Virus record (IMG/VR): IMGVR_UViG_3300025896_000021
From: a virus
Lineage: Duplodnaviria > Heunggongvirae > Uroviricota > Caudoviricetes
Length of the DNA: 64,000 bases
Direction: 5' to 3' (one strand)
The notes under the pieces were generated by a model. It was given only the letters and a program-made list of their open reading frames with translations, was not told the DNA's origin and did no database searches. Made by a program: the position numbers and the translations under genes. Below are positions 30,532-40,573 of this stretch, one piece after another (position 1 is the stretch's first letter; each line of letters starts with the position of its first letter).

Positions 30532-31365
30532 ATGATGTACTCAAACAAGCTCGTGGCGAGCCTAAAAGCCAATGGTAAAATTCTCCGCGAATTTAAAGAC
30601 ACCGTCTATATCCCATTCGGGAGCGAATATAGCTTCTTGCTAAAAAATCTTCACACATCCAGAGCAGTAGTTAACATCTTTATCGATGGTGACAATATTG
30701 TTGAGGGTGGACTTGTCCTTGATCCAGGACGTGAAGTAGACTTAGAGCGTTACATTAAGAACGGCAATCTTACAGAAGGCAATCGTTTCAAGTTCATCGA
30801 ACGTACTGCTGTAATTGAAGATGGTCCGCGTGGCGTCAAGTTGGAAGATGGACTGATTCGTATTGAGTTTCAATTTGAAAAGCCATATGTTCCGCCTCAG
30901 TGGAATAACAAGAGTTCTTGGATTAGTGCATCCGGATCAACTACACTTGCCAGCTACAATGTCAACGGTGCAATGCGCGGTGTGGACTTTAGTAAGAATG
31001 GTGCAATTATGGCACAGGCTGCAAGTGCCTCAGTAGACAAGTATTGTGCCGATAACGGTATCATGAATACTAGCGAAGTACATGATGGTGCAGCTACTAT
31101 GGATTGGATGCCTGCTAACGATGTTGGCATCACTGTGCCAGGTAGCAAGAGTACGCAAAAGTTCCAGAGTGTTACAATGGGCACAATGGAGATTGAAAAG
31201 CACAGCATGGTTATCAAGTTGTTGGGCGAAACTCCTGACAACAAGCCTGTGCTAAAGCCAGTCACAGTTGAGCGCAAGCCTGAATGCGTAACTTGTGGTA
31301 AGAAGAATAAAGTACATTCTAAATTCTGCACAGAATGCGGAACTGCACTAGAAATCTTTGCATAA
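30532..31365 (+). CDS. Hypothetical protein with C-terminal zinc ribbon
   Basis: CVTCG...FCTECG. Confidence 0.75.
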   Translation: MMYSNKLVASLKANGKILREFKDTVYIPFGSEYSFLLKNLHTSRAVVNIFIDGDNIVEGGLVLDPGREVDLERYIKNGNLTEGNRFKFIERTAVIEDGPRGVKLEDGLIRIEFQFEKPYVPPQWNNKSSWISASGSTTLASYNVNGAMRGVDFSKNGAIMAQAASASVDKYCADNGIMNTSEVHDGAATMDWMPANDVGITVPGSKSTQKFQSVTMGTMEIEKHSMVIKLLGETPDNKPVLKPVTVERKPECVTCGKKNKVHSKFCTECGTALEIFA

Positions 31366-31366
31366 C

Positions 31367-31388
31367 AAAGCCCCGAAAGGGGCTTTTT
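31367..31388 (+). terminator. Intrinsic terminator
   Basis: AAAGCCCC-GAAA-GGGGCTTTTT. Confidence 0.85.
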
Positions 31389-31389
31389 C

Positions 31390-31418
31390 TTGACTTCAAA
31401 TCCATAGTGTGCTATAGT
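31390..31418 (+). promoter_or_regulatory. Sigma70-type promoter
   Basis: TTGACT-N17-TATAGT with TG extension. Confidence 0.65.
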
Positions 31419-31426
31419 GTAGATAT

Positions 31427-32272
31427 ATGATAACTAGATTACTGTTCGTCGGCCCTTATAAATTAGTAGACTCCGCTATAAGTCTTCAATTTGATGCCAA
31501 TCTAATCCCAAAACCGGATAGAACAATTGTGCATGTTAGATTGCTTGACCCAAGTGTTGATGTATTAGCATTATACAACAGTTATGGAATCGACACCTCT
31601 ACCTTTACTGTAATGGAGGACTTGGAATTCCTACGAAATATTAACATTGATGATAAAGCACTTCATCAATATGGTGGGTGGATTGCACAGCAATTGCTAA
31701 AATTCTTAGCGTTAGATAATACCGATAGTGATCATTTCTTAATACAAGATTCGGACACCTTTGCCATTAAGCCATATCGATATATAATGAATCATATTCC
31801 TAATTGGTTTATATTGTCTCAACGAACTTTGGACCAACGATATGATCAGTATGTGTATAAACTCACCGGTGTCACTAGGCAAACTACTGATAGTTTTATT
31901 ACAGACTTTGCACCACTGTCAAAAAAAGATTGGGTAATGATTAAACAGTGTATTGAAACTAGATCGAATACCAATTGGTTGGATACCTTGATGGCAGAAT
32001 TTAAAAATGATAGAGCACCGATCGGGTTCAGTGAATATGAACTGATGGGTAATTGGATGTCAGTACATTCTCAAATACTTGTTCAAGTTCAAGAGCAAAT
32101 TCACATCACTGATATTGATATTCCTAATATCAAAAACAAAACATATGTATTACCGAATCGCTCTAATATTGATGTAGTGGGATTCAAGAATTTCATCCGA
32201 TTAGACTTCACTGATGTGGATTACCTTACTAACTTAATTAAGGGAAAAAATGGAAATACAAAACTCACTTGA
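31427..32272 (+). CDS. Glycosyltransferase-like protein (DUF6492-like)
   Basis: GWIAQQLLK, QDSD, FSEYELMG. Confidence 0.55.
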   Translation: MITRLLFVGPYKLVDSAISLQFDANLIPKPDRTIVHVRLLDPSVDVLALYNSYGIDTSTFTVMEDLEFLRNINIDDKALHQYGGWIAQQLLKFLALDNTDSDHFLIQDSDTFAIKPYRYIMNHIPNWFILSQRTLDQRYDQYVYKLTGVTRQTTDSFITDFAPLSKKDWVMIKQCIETRSNTNWLDTLMAEFKNDRAPIGFSEYELMGNWMSVHSQILVQVQEQIHITDIDIPNIKNKTYVLPNRSNIDVVGFKNFIRLDFTDVDYLTNLIKGKNGNTKLT

Positions 32273-32504
32273 TTGGCAAAAAGTTCACGCTGACTTATCT
32301 AGCCAGTTGTCTAGTTCTGGATACAATCCAGACTTGTACAAAATGCTCACGAATATCAACCTGATGGTAACAGAGTTGAGCAAAGTAGAAGTAGATGCAA
32401 GACGGTCCAAATCTACCCGAGTGACAGAGGAAAAAGCGGCTGAAATTAACAAAGCTATCAACCATCTAGAAAAGCTAATGCTAATGGCTATGCTAATGAG
32501 GTAG
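32250..32504 (+). CDS. Hypothetical protein
   Basis: ORF with RBS. Confidence 0.65.
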   Translation: MEIQNSLDWQKVHADLSSQLSSSGYNPDLYKMLTNINLMVTELSKVEVDARRSKSTRVTEEKAAEINKAINHLEKLMLMAMLMR

Positions 32505-32511
32505 TCAAAGG

Positions 32512-32540
32512 TTGACAATAAATCCGTTCTGTGTTATACT
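32512..32540 (+). promoter_or_regulatory. Sigma70-type early promoter
   Basis: TTGACA-N17-TATACT. Confidence 0.8.
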
Positions 32541-32600
32541 TACAGTCTGGAAATCGAAAAAGCACTCAAAAACGAGTTGCCCAGAAGTATCAATCAAAAT

Positions 32601-32629
32601 TTGACATTAAATGGTTTTGATGTTATACT
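32601..32629 (+). promoter_or_regulatory. Sigma70-type early promoter (TTGACATTAAATGG class)
   Basis: TTGACA-N17-TATACT with TG extension. Confidence 0.85.
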
Positions 32630-32675
32630 GTGTTCTCAGTTAGTTAATTATTCTTTTCATCTTTAAGGAAACAAA

Positions 32676-33773
32676 ATGGCATCAGCTATCAGCGACAATC
32701 ACACAATCACTAGCGTTCAAACCCGCAAGTCTATTCTCAAAGCGTTCAAAACAAAACGTCCCGTTTTTCTCTGGGGTCCTCCCGGCATCGGCAAATCAGA
32801 AGTTGTCGCTGAGATTGCAGAAGAACTAGGTGGTGCAGTCGTAGACTTGCGTATGGCTCAGATGGAACCTACTGACATTCGCGGTATCCCATACTTTAAT
32901 AAAGACAATGGTAAAATGGATTGGGCTCCCCCAATCGACTTGCCCGATGCAGAATTTGCAAGCAAGTTCCCGATCGTTGTGTTGTTTCTTGATGAAATGA
33001 ACTCGGCACCCCCAGCAGTACAGGCTGCAGGTTATCAACTGATTCTCAACCGTCGTGTTGGTAAGTACTTCTTGCCTGATAACGTTGTGATTGTTGCAGC
33101 AGGCAATCGTGACTCTGACAAAGGTGTTACATATCGTATGCCGATGCCCCTCGCTAATCGTTTCATTCACTTGGAAATGCGTCCTGACTTCACTAGCTGG
33201 CAATCATGGGCTGTGAACAAAGGCATTCACAAAGACGTTGTGGGTTACTTGTCGTTCGCAAAACAAGATATCTATGACTTTGATTCTAAGTCTAGTTCAC
33301 GTGCGTTTGCTACCCCACGTAGCTGGTGTTTTGTGTCTGACTTGCTTGCCGATGACGACACCGATATTGATACACAATTCAACTTGATTGCAGGCGCTGT
33401 CGGCGAAGGTCTTGCTGTTAAGTTTATGGCTCACCGCAAGATTGCTGGTCGTATGCCCGAGCCAATTGAGATTCTCACAGGTAAAGTTAAAGACTTGTCT
33501 GTGAAAGAAATTTCTGCAATGTATGCATTGACAATTGGCATGTGCTATGAGTTGAAAGATGCAGTGCAAAAGAAAACACCTAGCAAAGAGTTCCACGCAA
33601 TGGCTCAAAACTTCTTTGACTACATGATGAACAACTTTGAAACTGAGTTGGTCGTGATGGGTGCTAAGATTGCATTGAAGACTTATGAGTTGCCAATTGA
33701 GCCAACTCAGTTGAAGAACTTTGACGAGTTTCACAAAAAGTACGGCAAGTACATTGTAGACGCAGGTAACTGA
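32676..33773 (+). CDS. MoxR-like AAA+ ATPase
   Basis: GPPGIGKS, LFLDE, AAGNR, ANRF, TPRSW. Confidence 0.9.
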   Translation: MASAISDNHTITSVQTRKSILKAFKTKRPVFLWGPPGIGKSEVVAEIAEELGGAVVDLRMAQMEPTDIRGIPYFNKDNGKMDWAPPIDLPDAEFASKFPIVVLFLDEMNSAPPAVQAAGYQLILNRRVGKYFLPDNVVIVAAGNRDSDKGVTYRMPMPLANRFIHLEMRPDFTSWQSWAVNKGIHKDVVGYLSFAKQDIYDFDSKSSSRAFATPRSWCFVSDLLADDDTDIDTQFNLIAGAVGEGLAVKFMAHRKIAGRMPEPIEILTGKVKDLSVKEISAMYALTIGMCYELKDAVQKKTPSKEFHAMAQNFFDYMMNNFETELVVMGAKIALKTYELPIEPTQLKNFDEFHKKYGKYIVDAGN

Positions 33774-33782
33774 TAGCTTTAT

Positions 33783-33811
33783 GGGGTGAGCATTTATGCT
33801 CATCTCTTTTT
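33783..33811 (+). terminator. Intrinsic terminator
   Basis: GGGGTGAGCAT-TT-ATGCTCATCTC followed by T-run. Confidence 0.65.
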
Positions 33812-33827
33812 ATTACAAGGAAACAAA

Positions 33828-33989
33828 ATGAAACAAACACGAAACTCTGGTAAAAAGTATTTTTATGCAATTGGACAAAGTGCCCGCGCCCGCGGGGTGT
33901 CCAAGTCTTACGCCGAAGCATACTACATGCTTGATTCAGCCGCACCATATGCTCGAATTGCATTTGACGCAGGATACCGCGGACTATGA
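33828..33989 (+). CDS. Small hypothetical protein
   Basis: AAGGA RBS before ATG at 33828. Confidence 0.6.
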   Translation: MKQTRNSGKKYFYAIGQSARARGVSKSYAEAYYMLDSAAPYARIAFDAGYRGL

Positions 33990-34213
33990 GTGAAGAACCC
34001 AAAGAGCTAAAGTTAGTCTTTGCTCCTGGGTGCTTTGACTCGTTTGAGGGCACCCAGGAAGAATTGGATGAACTGATGGCAGAGATCCAAGCATCATTTG
34101 ATAGCGGTGAAATGCTAGAAAAAGGTACTGCCGTGGACCTTGACGACCTATCCGACGAGGATTTTGAAGCCATCATGAATGCAGTGGATGACACACCACG
34201 ACAACTTCAATAA
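33986..34213 (+). CDS. Small acidic hypothetical protein
   Basis: ATGA overlap; FAPGCFDSFEGTQEELDEL. Confidence 0.7.
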   Translation: MSEEPKELKLVFAPGCFDSFEGTQEELDELMAEIQASFDSGEMLEKGTAVDLDDLSDEDFEAIMNAVDDTPRQLQ

Positions 34214-34214
34214 G

Positions 34215-34243
34215 TTGACATTAAATGGATTTGATGCTATAAT
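34215..34243 (+). promoter_or_regulatory. Sigma70-type early promoter
   Basis: TTGACA-N17-TATAAT (full consensus). Confidence 0.88.
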
Positions 34244-34269
34244 GTAGCATACATTAAGAAAGACCTGAA

Positions 34270-35565
34270 ATGAGTAAAAAGAATACACATAGCAAAAAGT
34301 ACGAAAATCTGATCGGCCCAACTGATTCGAAAGTTGATAATCTAGCACGTGAGCGTCTAGTTACAGCCCGTATTGGTTTGCTGTTGCGTCATTCATTTTT
34401 TGGTAATCTTGCAACACGCATGAAATTGATTAATGCTGATGAATGGTGCGGCACTGCTGCCACTGATGGTCAGAAATTCTATTACAATAGTCGCTTCATT
34501 ATGATGTTGAAGCCTAAAGAAGTCGAATTCTTAGTTGGGCATGAAGTCTTGCACGTTGTATATGATCACATGGGTCGTAGAAACAATCGTGACCCGCAAA
34601 TCTGGAACATTGCCGATGACTATGCAGTTAACGCTGACTTGAAACGTCACAAAGTTGGTCAATTCATTACTACTGTAGGTTGCTTATACGAACAAAAGTA
34701 TGATGGTCTACCAGCAGAACAAATCTATGATGACTTGATGAAAAACGTCAAGAAAATCTCTATTGAGGACCTCATTGATCAAATGCTTGATGATCACATG
34801 GACGGCGAAGACGGCGAAGATGGTGACGGCGATGGCGATGGTGACAAAGAAGGTAATGGTAAAGATGGTAAGAAGCCTGGTCGGGGCAAGCGCCCTCAAT
34901 TGTCGCAAGAAGAAAAGGACCGCATTCGTCAGGAAGTGAAGCAAGCAATTATCAGTGCCGCGCAAAGTGCAGAAGCAGGTACATTGCCTAAAGGTGTTGA
35001 ACGATTGATTCGTGACACTACTAACCCAGTCATGCCTTGGCGCGAACTGATTCAAACAAACTTGACTAGTTGCATTCGTACAGACTATAGCTGGGCACGT
35101 CCGTCACGTAGAAGCTGGCACATGGATGCTATCATGCCCGGTATGACCCCCGGTGAAGAAATTGATGTTGTAGTAACACTTGACATGTCAGGTTCTATCA
35201 GCAACAAACAAGCGCAAGCATTCTTGGGCGAAGTTGGTGGCATGATGCAATCATTCGATGGTTACAAGGTCCATATCTTTTGCTTTGATACTAAGACTTA
35301 CAACCCACAAGACTTCTCTAGCGAGAACATGGACCTGATTGAAAATTATGAGCCAATGGGCGGCGGTGGCACTGACTTTGATTGTATCTTTGAATACTTG
35401 AAAGAAAATGCAATTGACCCCAAGCGACTGATTGTGTTCACTGACGGGTATCCCTGTGGTAGTTGGGGTGACAAAGATTACTGTGATACGACTTGGATCA
35501 TTCATGGTGACCCTGATCCGCATCCCCCGTTCGGTACGTTCGCATTGTATGATGAAACAAAATAA
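34270..35565 (+). CDS. DUF2201-like HExxH metallopeptidase plus VWA domain (MoxR partner)
   Basis: TAATDG, HEVLH, DMSGS MIDAS, GGGGTDF, FTDG. Confidence 0.88.
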   Translation: MSKKNTHSKKYENLIGPTDSKVDNLARERLVTARIGLLLRHSFFGNLATRMKLINADEWCGTAATDGQKFYYNSRFIMMLKPKEVEFLVGHEVLHVVYDHMGRRNNRDPQIWNIADDYAVNADLKRHKVGQFITTVGCLYEQKYDGLPAEQIYDDLMKNVKKISIEDLIDQMLDDHMDGEDGEDGDGDGDGDKEGNGKDGKKPGRGKRPQLSQEEKDRIRQEVKQAIISAAQSAEAGTLPKGVERLIRDTTNPVMPWRELIQTNLTSCIRTDYSWARPSRRSWHMDAIMPGMTPGEEIDVVVTLDMSGSISNKQAQAFLGEVGGMMQSFDGYKVHIFCFDTKTYNPQDFSSENMDLIENYEPMGGGGTDFDCIFEYLKENAIDPKRLIVFTDGYPCGSWGDKDYCDTTWIIHGDPDPHPPFGTFALYDETK

Positions 35566-35573
35566 GGATTGAT

Positions 35574-35705
35574 ATGGAACAGGTCTATATGTTGCTGAGT
35601 GGCTTAGGCTATCTTTTTATCTTTGCAGTATTGCTTGGAATCGGCTATCTCTTTGTAAAATTGTTGGCAACTGGATTGGAATCGTTATCGGAGCACGATG
35701 ACTGA
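35574..35705 (+). CDS. Small membrane protein (43 aa)
   Basis: AAGGA RBS; hydrophobic; not in ORF track. Confidence 0.55.
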   Translation: MEQVYMLLSGLGYLFIFAVLLGIGYLFVKLLATGLESLSEHDD

Positions 35706-35934
35706 CATTTATGAATCCCCCGATAAAGGGGAAACGGTGTATGTTCGCAAAGCAGGTGAGAGCGAACGTACTCTACACAGTGAGAGTACCCGTCATTCTG
35801 ACCTCTATATCCAGATGAAAGAAAGTCAACTATGGGGAAACATTCACCGTGCAGCGAAAACAAATGTATCATTAGCTGATGCGTTAGATAAAGTGAAAAT
35901 GATTTATGCGCTCATCAAAAAAGAAACTAACTAG
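35698..35934 (+). CDS. Hypothetical protein
   Basis: IYESPDKGETVYVR motif; GGAG RBS. Confidence 0.7.
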   Translation: MTDIYESPDKGETVYVRKAGESERTLHSESTRHSDLYIQMKESQLWGNIHRAAKTNVSLADALDKVKMIYALIKKETN

Positions 35935-36277
35935 GTATTTGGCAATGTGGGACATGACTGGACTTGAATGTCTAGTCAATGTATCTACTGTGCTAGATGA
36001 ACATGAACAATGGGGTAAGGAAAATATCTGGAGTATCCTGAAAGAGGAAAAACGGTCCCCGGCACCTAGAGGTGTTCCGTTGGATAGTATGATACTTAGA
36101 GCAAGATACAATAGTCAACGCCACTATGAAATCTACACCTTTGATTCAGAGTTGACAGAAGAAGATATTAAAGAAACATTTGCTAGTGACCCACAAGTAA
36201 TGGTAGATGCTATTCGCAATGTGGGTCATGAATTGTATAGTGATAGAGTATTAAAGAAAACACAGGTGATTACATGA
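35906..36277 (+). CDS. Hypothetical protein
   Basis: ORF in operon; start uncertain. Confidence 0.65.
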   Translation: MRSSKKKLTRYLAMWDMTGLECLVNVSTVLDEHEQWGKENIWSILKEEKRSPAPRGVPLDSMILRARYNSQRHYEIYTFDSELTEEDIKETFASDPQVMVDAIRNVGHELYSDRVLKKTQVIT

Positions 36278-36684
36278 TGTATATTGGAACAAGTTTGGGT
36301 AGATGTTTGCGTAGCATTCTTATAGGTGAAGTGTCCGAGGAAGATGTATTATTGATCATCACTCGTACTATGACATTCGATACAGAGCGTTTTATCGGTG
36401 TAGTAAAAATGTATTACCAAGAAGGTAACTACACTTCACGTAATTCAACTGACTATGATCTTTCAGTCAAGCCATGGGAAGAAGTGGAAGCACTTGCTAA
36501 CCGATTGTATACTACTGGCAAGATTCATCAGCCTAGGAACTTTGTAAATTTGGGTAATCAATTTATACATCCTGAATTGAGCAATGATGTTTGGGTTGAA
36601 GTAGCACCTAAAAGTCGTAATTCTACACCTGCGGTTGTTCAGGCATACGATCAATATAAAATGCTTGATGCGTTGACAAAATGA
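36274..36684 (+). CDS. Hypothetical protein
   Basis: ATGA overlap. Confidence 0.7.
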   Translation: MMYIGTSLGRCLRSILIGEVSEEDVLLIITRTMTFDTERFIGVVKMYYQEGNYTSRNSTDYDLSVKPWEEVEALANRLYTTGKIHQPRNFVNLGNQFIHPELSNDVWVEVAPKSRNSTPAVVQAYDQYKMLDALTK

Positions 36685-36929
36685 ATGTAAATGTACTGGC
36701 TTGGTATGCTACCCGCAAGCTAGCATCCTCTCCACCTCACTTTGTAAAGTGCAATACTCCCTTGTCGGATAAATCACTACTTTGGGTAATGGCTAAATTA
36801 CAAGGTAGATATTCATTATCGGACAGAGACGAAGACGATGATTTTGTGTTTTTAACCACACATGATATTTCCTTTGAAGATCCAGCAGAAGCAATGCTGT
36901 ATGAGTTACGCTGGTCGGGTACAAAATAA
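36681..36929 (+). CDS. Isolated member of the LRW small-protein family
   Basis: Ends FEDPAEAMLYELRWSGTK. Confidence 0.65.
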   Translation: MNVNVLAWYATRKLASSPPHFVKCNTPLSDKSLLWVMAKLQGRYSLSDRDEDDDFVFLTTHDISFEDPAEAMLYELRWSGTK

Positions 36930-36981
36930 ATTTTGTGCCGGTCAAAAAACATTAAATATTTAAAACTAAGGAGATATAGTT

Positions 36982-37689
36982 ATGAGTTTTTTACGACATG
37001 TAGGGAAAATCGGTGATCGGAAAGTAGCAATTGTTTTCCGTGAGGTACCAAATGAAACACATATGTGTTTAGTATGCTATACGGATACATTGAATCGTCA
37101 CATTCACGATCCAATGATGAAATGTATTGAGAGTGATATTGGTCAAAGTAGCCAAAACTTAGCAGATGCATTGAATCGTACCCATACACAAGATGGTAAG
37201 TACATTTTACAAGTACTACATGCACAGGGCATGTTGAAAAAAGTACAAACAGAATCAGTGGTGGTAACACCTAATTCTAATACTAGGATTAAACTTAGTG
37301 ACTTGAATAAGATTCTAGATGAAATGGAACAAGGTGAAGCAGCAGTTAAACGTTTAGCTGAAATTGATAGCAGCCGTGGCATTCAAGATGCTAACCAAGT
37401 TGCCCAAAGAGCACGTGACCGCGCTGCCGAAGCAAGTCTTCCACCAGTCACTACGGCAGAAGATGGGTTGTTGTCCGATACACTAATTGCTAAAAATCTA
37501 CGTAATCAAGCTAGGAAGATGGAAGATGAAGCTAGAGGTCTATTGGCTGAAAGTGCTAGATTGCAAACAGAGGCATCTTCACTCGATGGGGTAGCATCAA
37601 TGTATGCCTCACCTAACGCAAGCAATGTGCTAGCTGCACCTGTAGCCAAGAAACGTGGTCGCCCTGCTAAAGTTAAAGTACTAGTGTAA
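36982..37689 (+). CDS. Hypothetical protein with coiled coil and KKRGRP tail
   Basis: AAGGAG RBS; AT-hook-like C-terminus. Confidence 0.75.
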   Translation: MSFLRHVGKIGDRKVAIVFREVPNETHMCLVCYTDTLNRHIHDPMMKCIESDIGQSSQNLADALNRTHTQDGKYILQVLHAQGMLKKVQTESVVVTPNSNTRIKLSDLNKILDEMEQGEAAVKRLAEIDSSRGIQDANQVAQRARDRAAEASLPPVTTAEDGLLSDTLIAKNLRNQARKMEDEARGLLAESARLQTEASSLDGVASMYASPNASNVLAAPVAKKRGRPAKVKVLV

Positions 37690-37696
37690 ATAACGA

Positions 37697-37993
37697 ATGA
37701 CTCCCGAGTACATCAAAAAATGGGAACACATTCTTGAGGATATTGATAAAGTTAATGTACCTGTTCAATTCATTCGTAAAATCGTAGTGAAGATGACAGG
37801 GAAGAAACAACATACTATTAATATTCAGGCTTTGATGAAGCAAGGATTGGACCCGGAAGAGGTGGAGGAAGTTATTTCACGTAAGTTAAATGAACTCGAT
37901 CCACTAATCACTAGTTTTGAATTTGTCCTCAACGTTGAGAACATTGCAGAAACAGTGCAACCCGAAACAGATAAACTATTAGGTAAACTATGA
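37697..37993 (+). CDS. Hypothetical protein
   Basis: ORF in operon. Confidence 0.7.
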   Translation: MTPEYIKKWEHILEDIDKVNVPVQFIRKIVVKMTGKKQHTINIQALMKQGLDPEEVEEVISRKLNELDPLITSFEFVLNVENIAETVQPETDKLLGKL

Positions 37994-38442
37994 AGTTAAT
38001 CGTAGCGTGTGATCCTAATGGAGGAATAGGCTATAAAAACAAATTGCCCTGGAGTAACATTCAGGGCGATTTGCCAAGATTCAAAAAACTAACTACAGAT
38101 AAAATTGTTGTTATGGGCAGAAATACTTGGGACAGCTTAGAGAAAAAACCTCTACCGAATAGAGTTAATATAGTCGTAACTACTCGTGAGTTAGAAAATG
38201 TTACTACTATTAATAGTATCTCACATCAGTTTTATGGCGAATACCCTGATGCATGGCTCATAGGCGGTGCGCAACTTATCAACAGTAGTTGGCATCTTAT
38301 TGATGAAGTACATTTAACAATAACTTTCGCCGAATACACTTGCGATACGTTCATTGATCTGTTAAAATTGTCTAAAGAATTCACTTGCAATGAACTGGAA
38401 GAGTTTCCAGATCATACATATCAAATTTGGAAAAGACGATGA
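37990..38442 (+). CDS. folA: Dihydrofolate reductase
   Basis: IG-x-x-NKLPW, VMGRNTWDS, LPNR, IGG, CDTF. Confidence 0.95.
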   Translation: MKLIVACDPNGGIGYKNKLPWSNIQGDLPRFKKLTTDKIVVMGRNTWDSLEKKPLPNRVNIVVTTRELENVTTINSISHQFYGEYPDAWLIGGAQLINSSWHLIDEVHLTITFAEYTCDTFIDLLKLSKEFTCNELEEFPDHTYQIWKRR

Positions 38443-39314
38443 AACAATACTTAGATTTACTTAAAGACATTTTAGAAAACGGAGAAACAAAAGATGATAG
38501 AACTGGCACTGGCACTATTAGTGTGTTTGGACGTCACCTTCGCTTTGATTTGCGTCGGGGCTTTCCAGCCGTCACAACGAAAAAGTTAGCATGGAAAGCA
38601 TGTGTAGGTGAACTAATTTGGTTCATTGAAGGATCAAGTGATGAGCGTAGACTAGCAGAGATTACGCATGGTACTCGTGAAGGTGGAGTAACTATCTGGA
38701 CACCAAATGCATTAGCTCCTTATTGGAAGCCTAAAGCGAAGTTTGAAGGTGATCTTGGACGAGTATATGGGGTACAATGGCGACAATGGAATCCACACAC
38801 TATCAAGTGGACAAGCTCTAGTGAGTCGGAACCAGTGTACATTGATCAATTGAAGAATCTCATAGAAGGATTGAAACAAGATCCTAATGGGCGCAGGCAC
38901 ATTCTAAGTTCCTGGAACGTGGGCGAGTTAGACCAAATGGCTTTGCCACCTTGTCATGTTATGAGTCAATTTTATGTCAACAAAAATAAAGAACTCTCTT
39001 GCCATATGTACCAGCGTAGTGTGGATGTTTTCCTTGGGCTACCTTTTAACATTGCTAGCTATGCGCTACTCACTCATTTGATTGCACATCACTGTGGATT
39101 GAAAGTTGGTGAACTTGTTATCAGTACAGGTGATACTCATATCTACCAAGACCACGTTGAGCAAGTCAACGAACAATTGCAACGTGAACCGTTTGCAACG
39201 CCCACTCTTACACTGAATACATTGAAGACTAATATCTTTGAAATGACAATGCAAGATATAGCATTAACTGGATACGAAAGCCATGGCTCTATCAAAGCAA
39301 ACATGGCTGTATGA
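38439..39314 (+). CDS. thyA: Thymidylate synthase
   Basis: DRTGTGT, YGVQWR, MALPPCH, YQRS-x-D-x-x-LG-x-PFN. Confidence 0.97.
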   Translation: MKQYLDLLKDILENGETKDDRTGTGTISVFGRHLRFDLRRGFPAVTTKKLAWKACVGELIWFIEGSSDERRLAEITHGTREGGVTIWTPNALAPYWKPKAKFEGDLGRVYGVQWRQWNPHTIKWTSSSESEPVYIDQLKNLIEGLKQDPNGRRHILSSWNVGELDQMALPPCHVMSQFYVNKNKELSCHMYQRSVDVFLGLPFNIASYALLTHLIAHHCGLKVGELVISTGDTHIYQDHVEQVNEQLQREPFATPTLTLNTLKTNIFEMTMQDIALTGYESHGSIKANMAV

Positions 39315-39609
39315 AGATATGTTGCCTTCAAGGCAACTAAGAATATCTGATACAGGTGAACACATTGTCACGGTTACTCGTGTCGTACACACGTTTAAAA
39401 TGAATGACTGTGATGACCCTGATTTGTTAGCAGCAGAACCCATATATAACTGGCAGCAAACAGAAGCAGGCAAGTGGATAATGGAAAACTCTGCACCAAC
39501 AGCTAGCTGGCATCGTAACACAGATCATAATACATACGGATACATATATCAAATCAGAGCGTATCTTACTCCACAGCAAATAACATATTTTGAATTGAAA
39601 TTTAAATGA
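39283..39609 (+). CDS. Hypothetical protein (C-terminus TYFELKF, LRW-like)
   Basis: ORF between thyA and epimerase; start uncertain. Confidence 0.6.
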   Translation: MALSKQTWLYEDMLPSRQLRISDTGEHIVTVTRVVHTFKMNDCDDPDLLAAEPIYNWQQTEAGKWIMENSAPTASWHRNTDHNTYGYIYQIRAYLTPQQITYFELKFK

Positions 39610-40565
39610 ATATTTTAGTAACAGGCGGACTCGGTCTCATAGGACACAATGTTGTCCAGCGTTTAGAAAAGTTAGGACATGAAGTTGTCATTGTTGACAC
39701 TAGGACTAACTATGGAATAATTCCTCCTAGCGAAATCATGTACTTAATGAGTGAGAGGCAAAAGAAAATTACTACTACTCATATCTACAGTGCAGACATT
39801 GTATCAGACACTATGGATTATTTGTTTGAAAAGTACCAGTTTGAACTAGTGATTCACATGGCTAGTTTTCCTAGACAGAAGGTTGTAAACAATAACCCTA
39901 TGCTAGGTGCAAAGACAATGGTAGAAGGATTACTTAACCTATGTGAGTTAAGCAAGCAACACAGTGTACAGAAGTTTTTGTATATTAGCTCTAGTATGGT
40001 CTATGGCGACTTTACTGATGATGTAACTGAGGATGCAATCTGTAAACCTCAAGGACAATATGGAATTATGAAACTAGCAGGAGAAGAACTTGTCAGAGAC
40101 TACAGCCGCCGTGGTTGCTTCAATCATACTATCATTCGCCCTAGTGCTGTATATGGCCCCTTGGATGTGGAAGATAGAGTCATCGCAAAATTTATGCTCA
40201 CCGCACTGCGTGGGGGTATTCTCAACGTTAATGGGGCAGGTGAAACACTAGACTTCACATATGTAGACGATGCAGCAGATGGTATTGTATCAGCAGCATT
40301 GAGTGAGAACACAATAAACAAGACATACAACATCACAAAGAGCCACAGTCGTACATTACTAGATGCAGCCGAACTAGCTGTTAAGATTGTGGGTAAAGGT
40401 ATCATTAATGTTCGTGACAAAGACGCAGATTTTCCTAGCAGAGGTGCATTAAACATTGATGCAGCTAGAAAAGACTTTGGATTTGATCCTAAAGTAGATG
40501 TAGATGAGGGATTTTATAACTATTACAAGTGGTTAGTGGACGATCCTTACTTTAACAATGTATAA
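39606..40565 (+). CDS. NAD-dependent nucleotide-sugar epimerase/dehydratase
   Basis: TGGLGLIG, SSSMVYG, YGIMK (YxxxK), DFTYVDD. Confidence 0.92.
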   Translation: MNILVTGGLGLIGHNVVQRLEKLGHEVVIVDTRTNYGIIPPSEIMYLMSERQKKITTTHIYSADIVSDTMDYLFEKYQFELVIHMASFPRQKVVNNNPMLGAKTMVEGLLNLCELSKQHSVQKFLYISSSMVYGDFTDDVTEDAICKPQGQYGIMKLAGEELVRDYSRRGCFNHTIIRPSAVYGPLDVEDRVIAKFMLTALRGGILNVNGAGETLDFTYVDDAADGIVSAALSENTINKTYNITKSHSRTLLDAAELAVKIVGKGIINVRDKDADFPSRGALNIDAARKDFGFDPKVDVDEGFYNYYKWLVDDPYFNNV

Positions 40566-40573
40566 ATAATACT

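Noticed and set aside
33297-34194. Long minus-strand ORFs over the MoxR region, and similar antisense ORFs elsewhere
   Set aside because: They overlap well-supported plus-strand genes and have no recognisable motifs.
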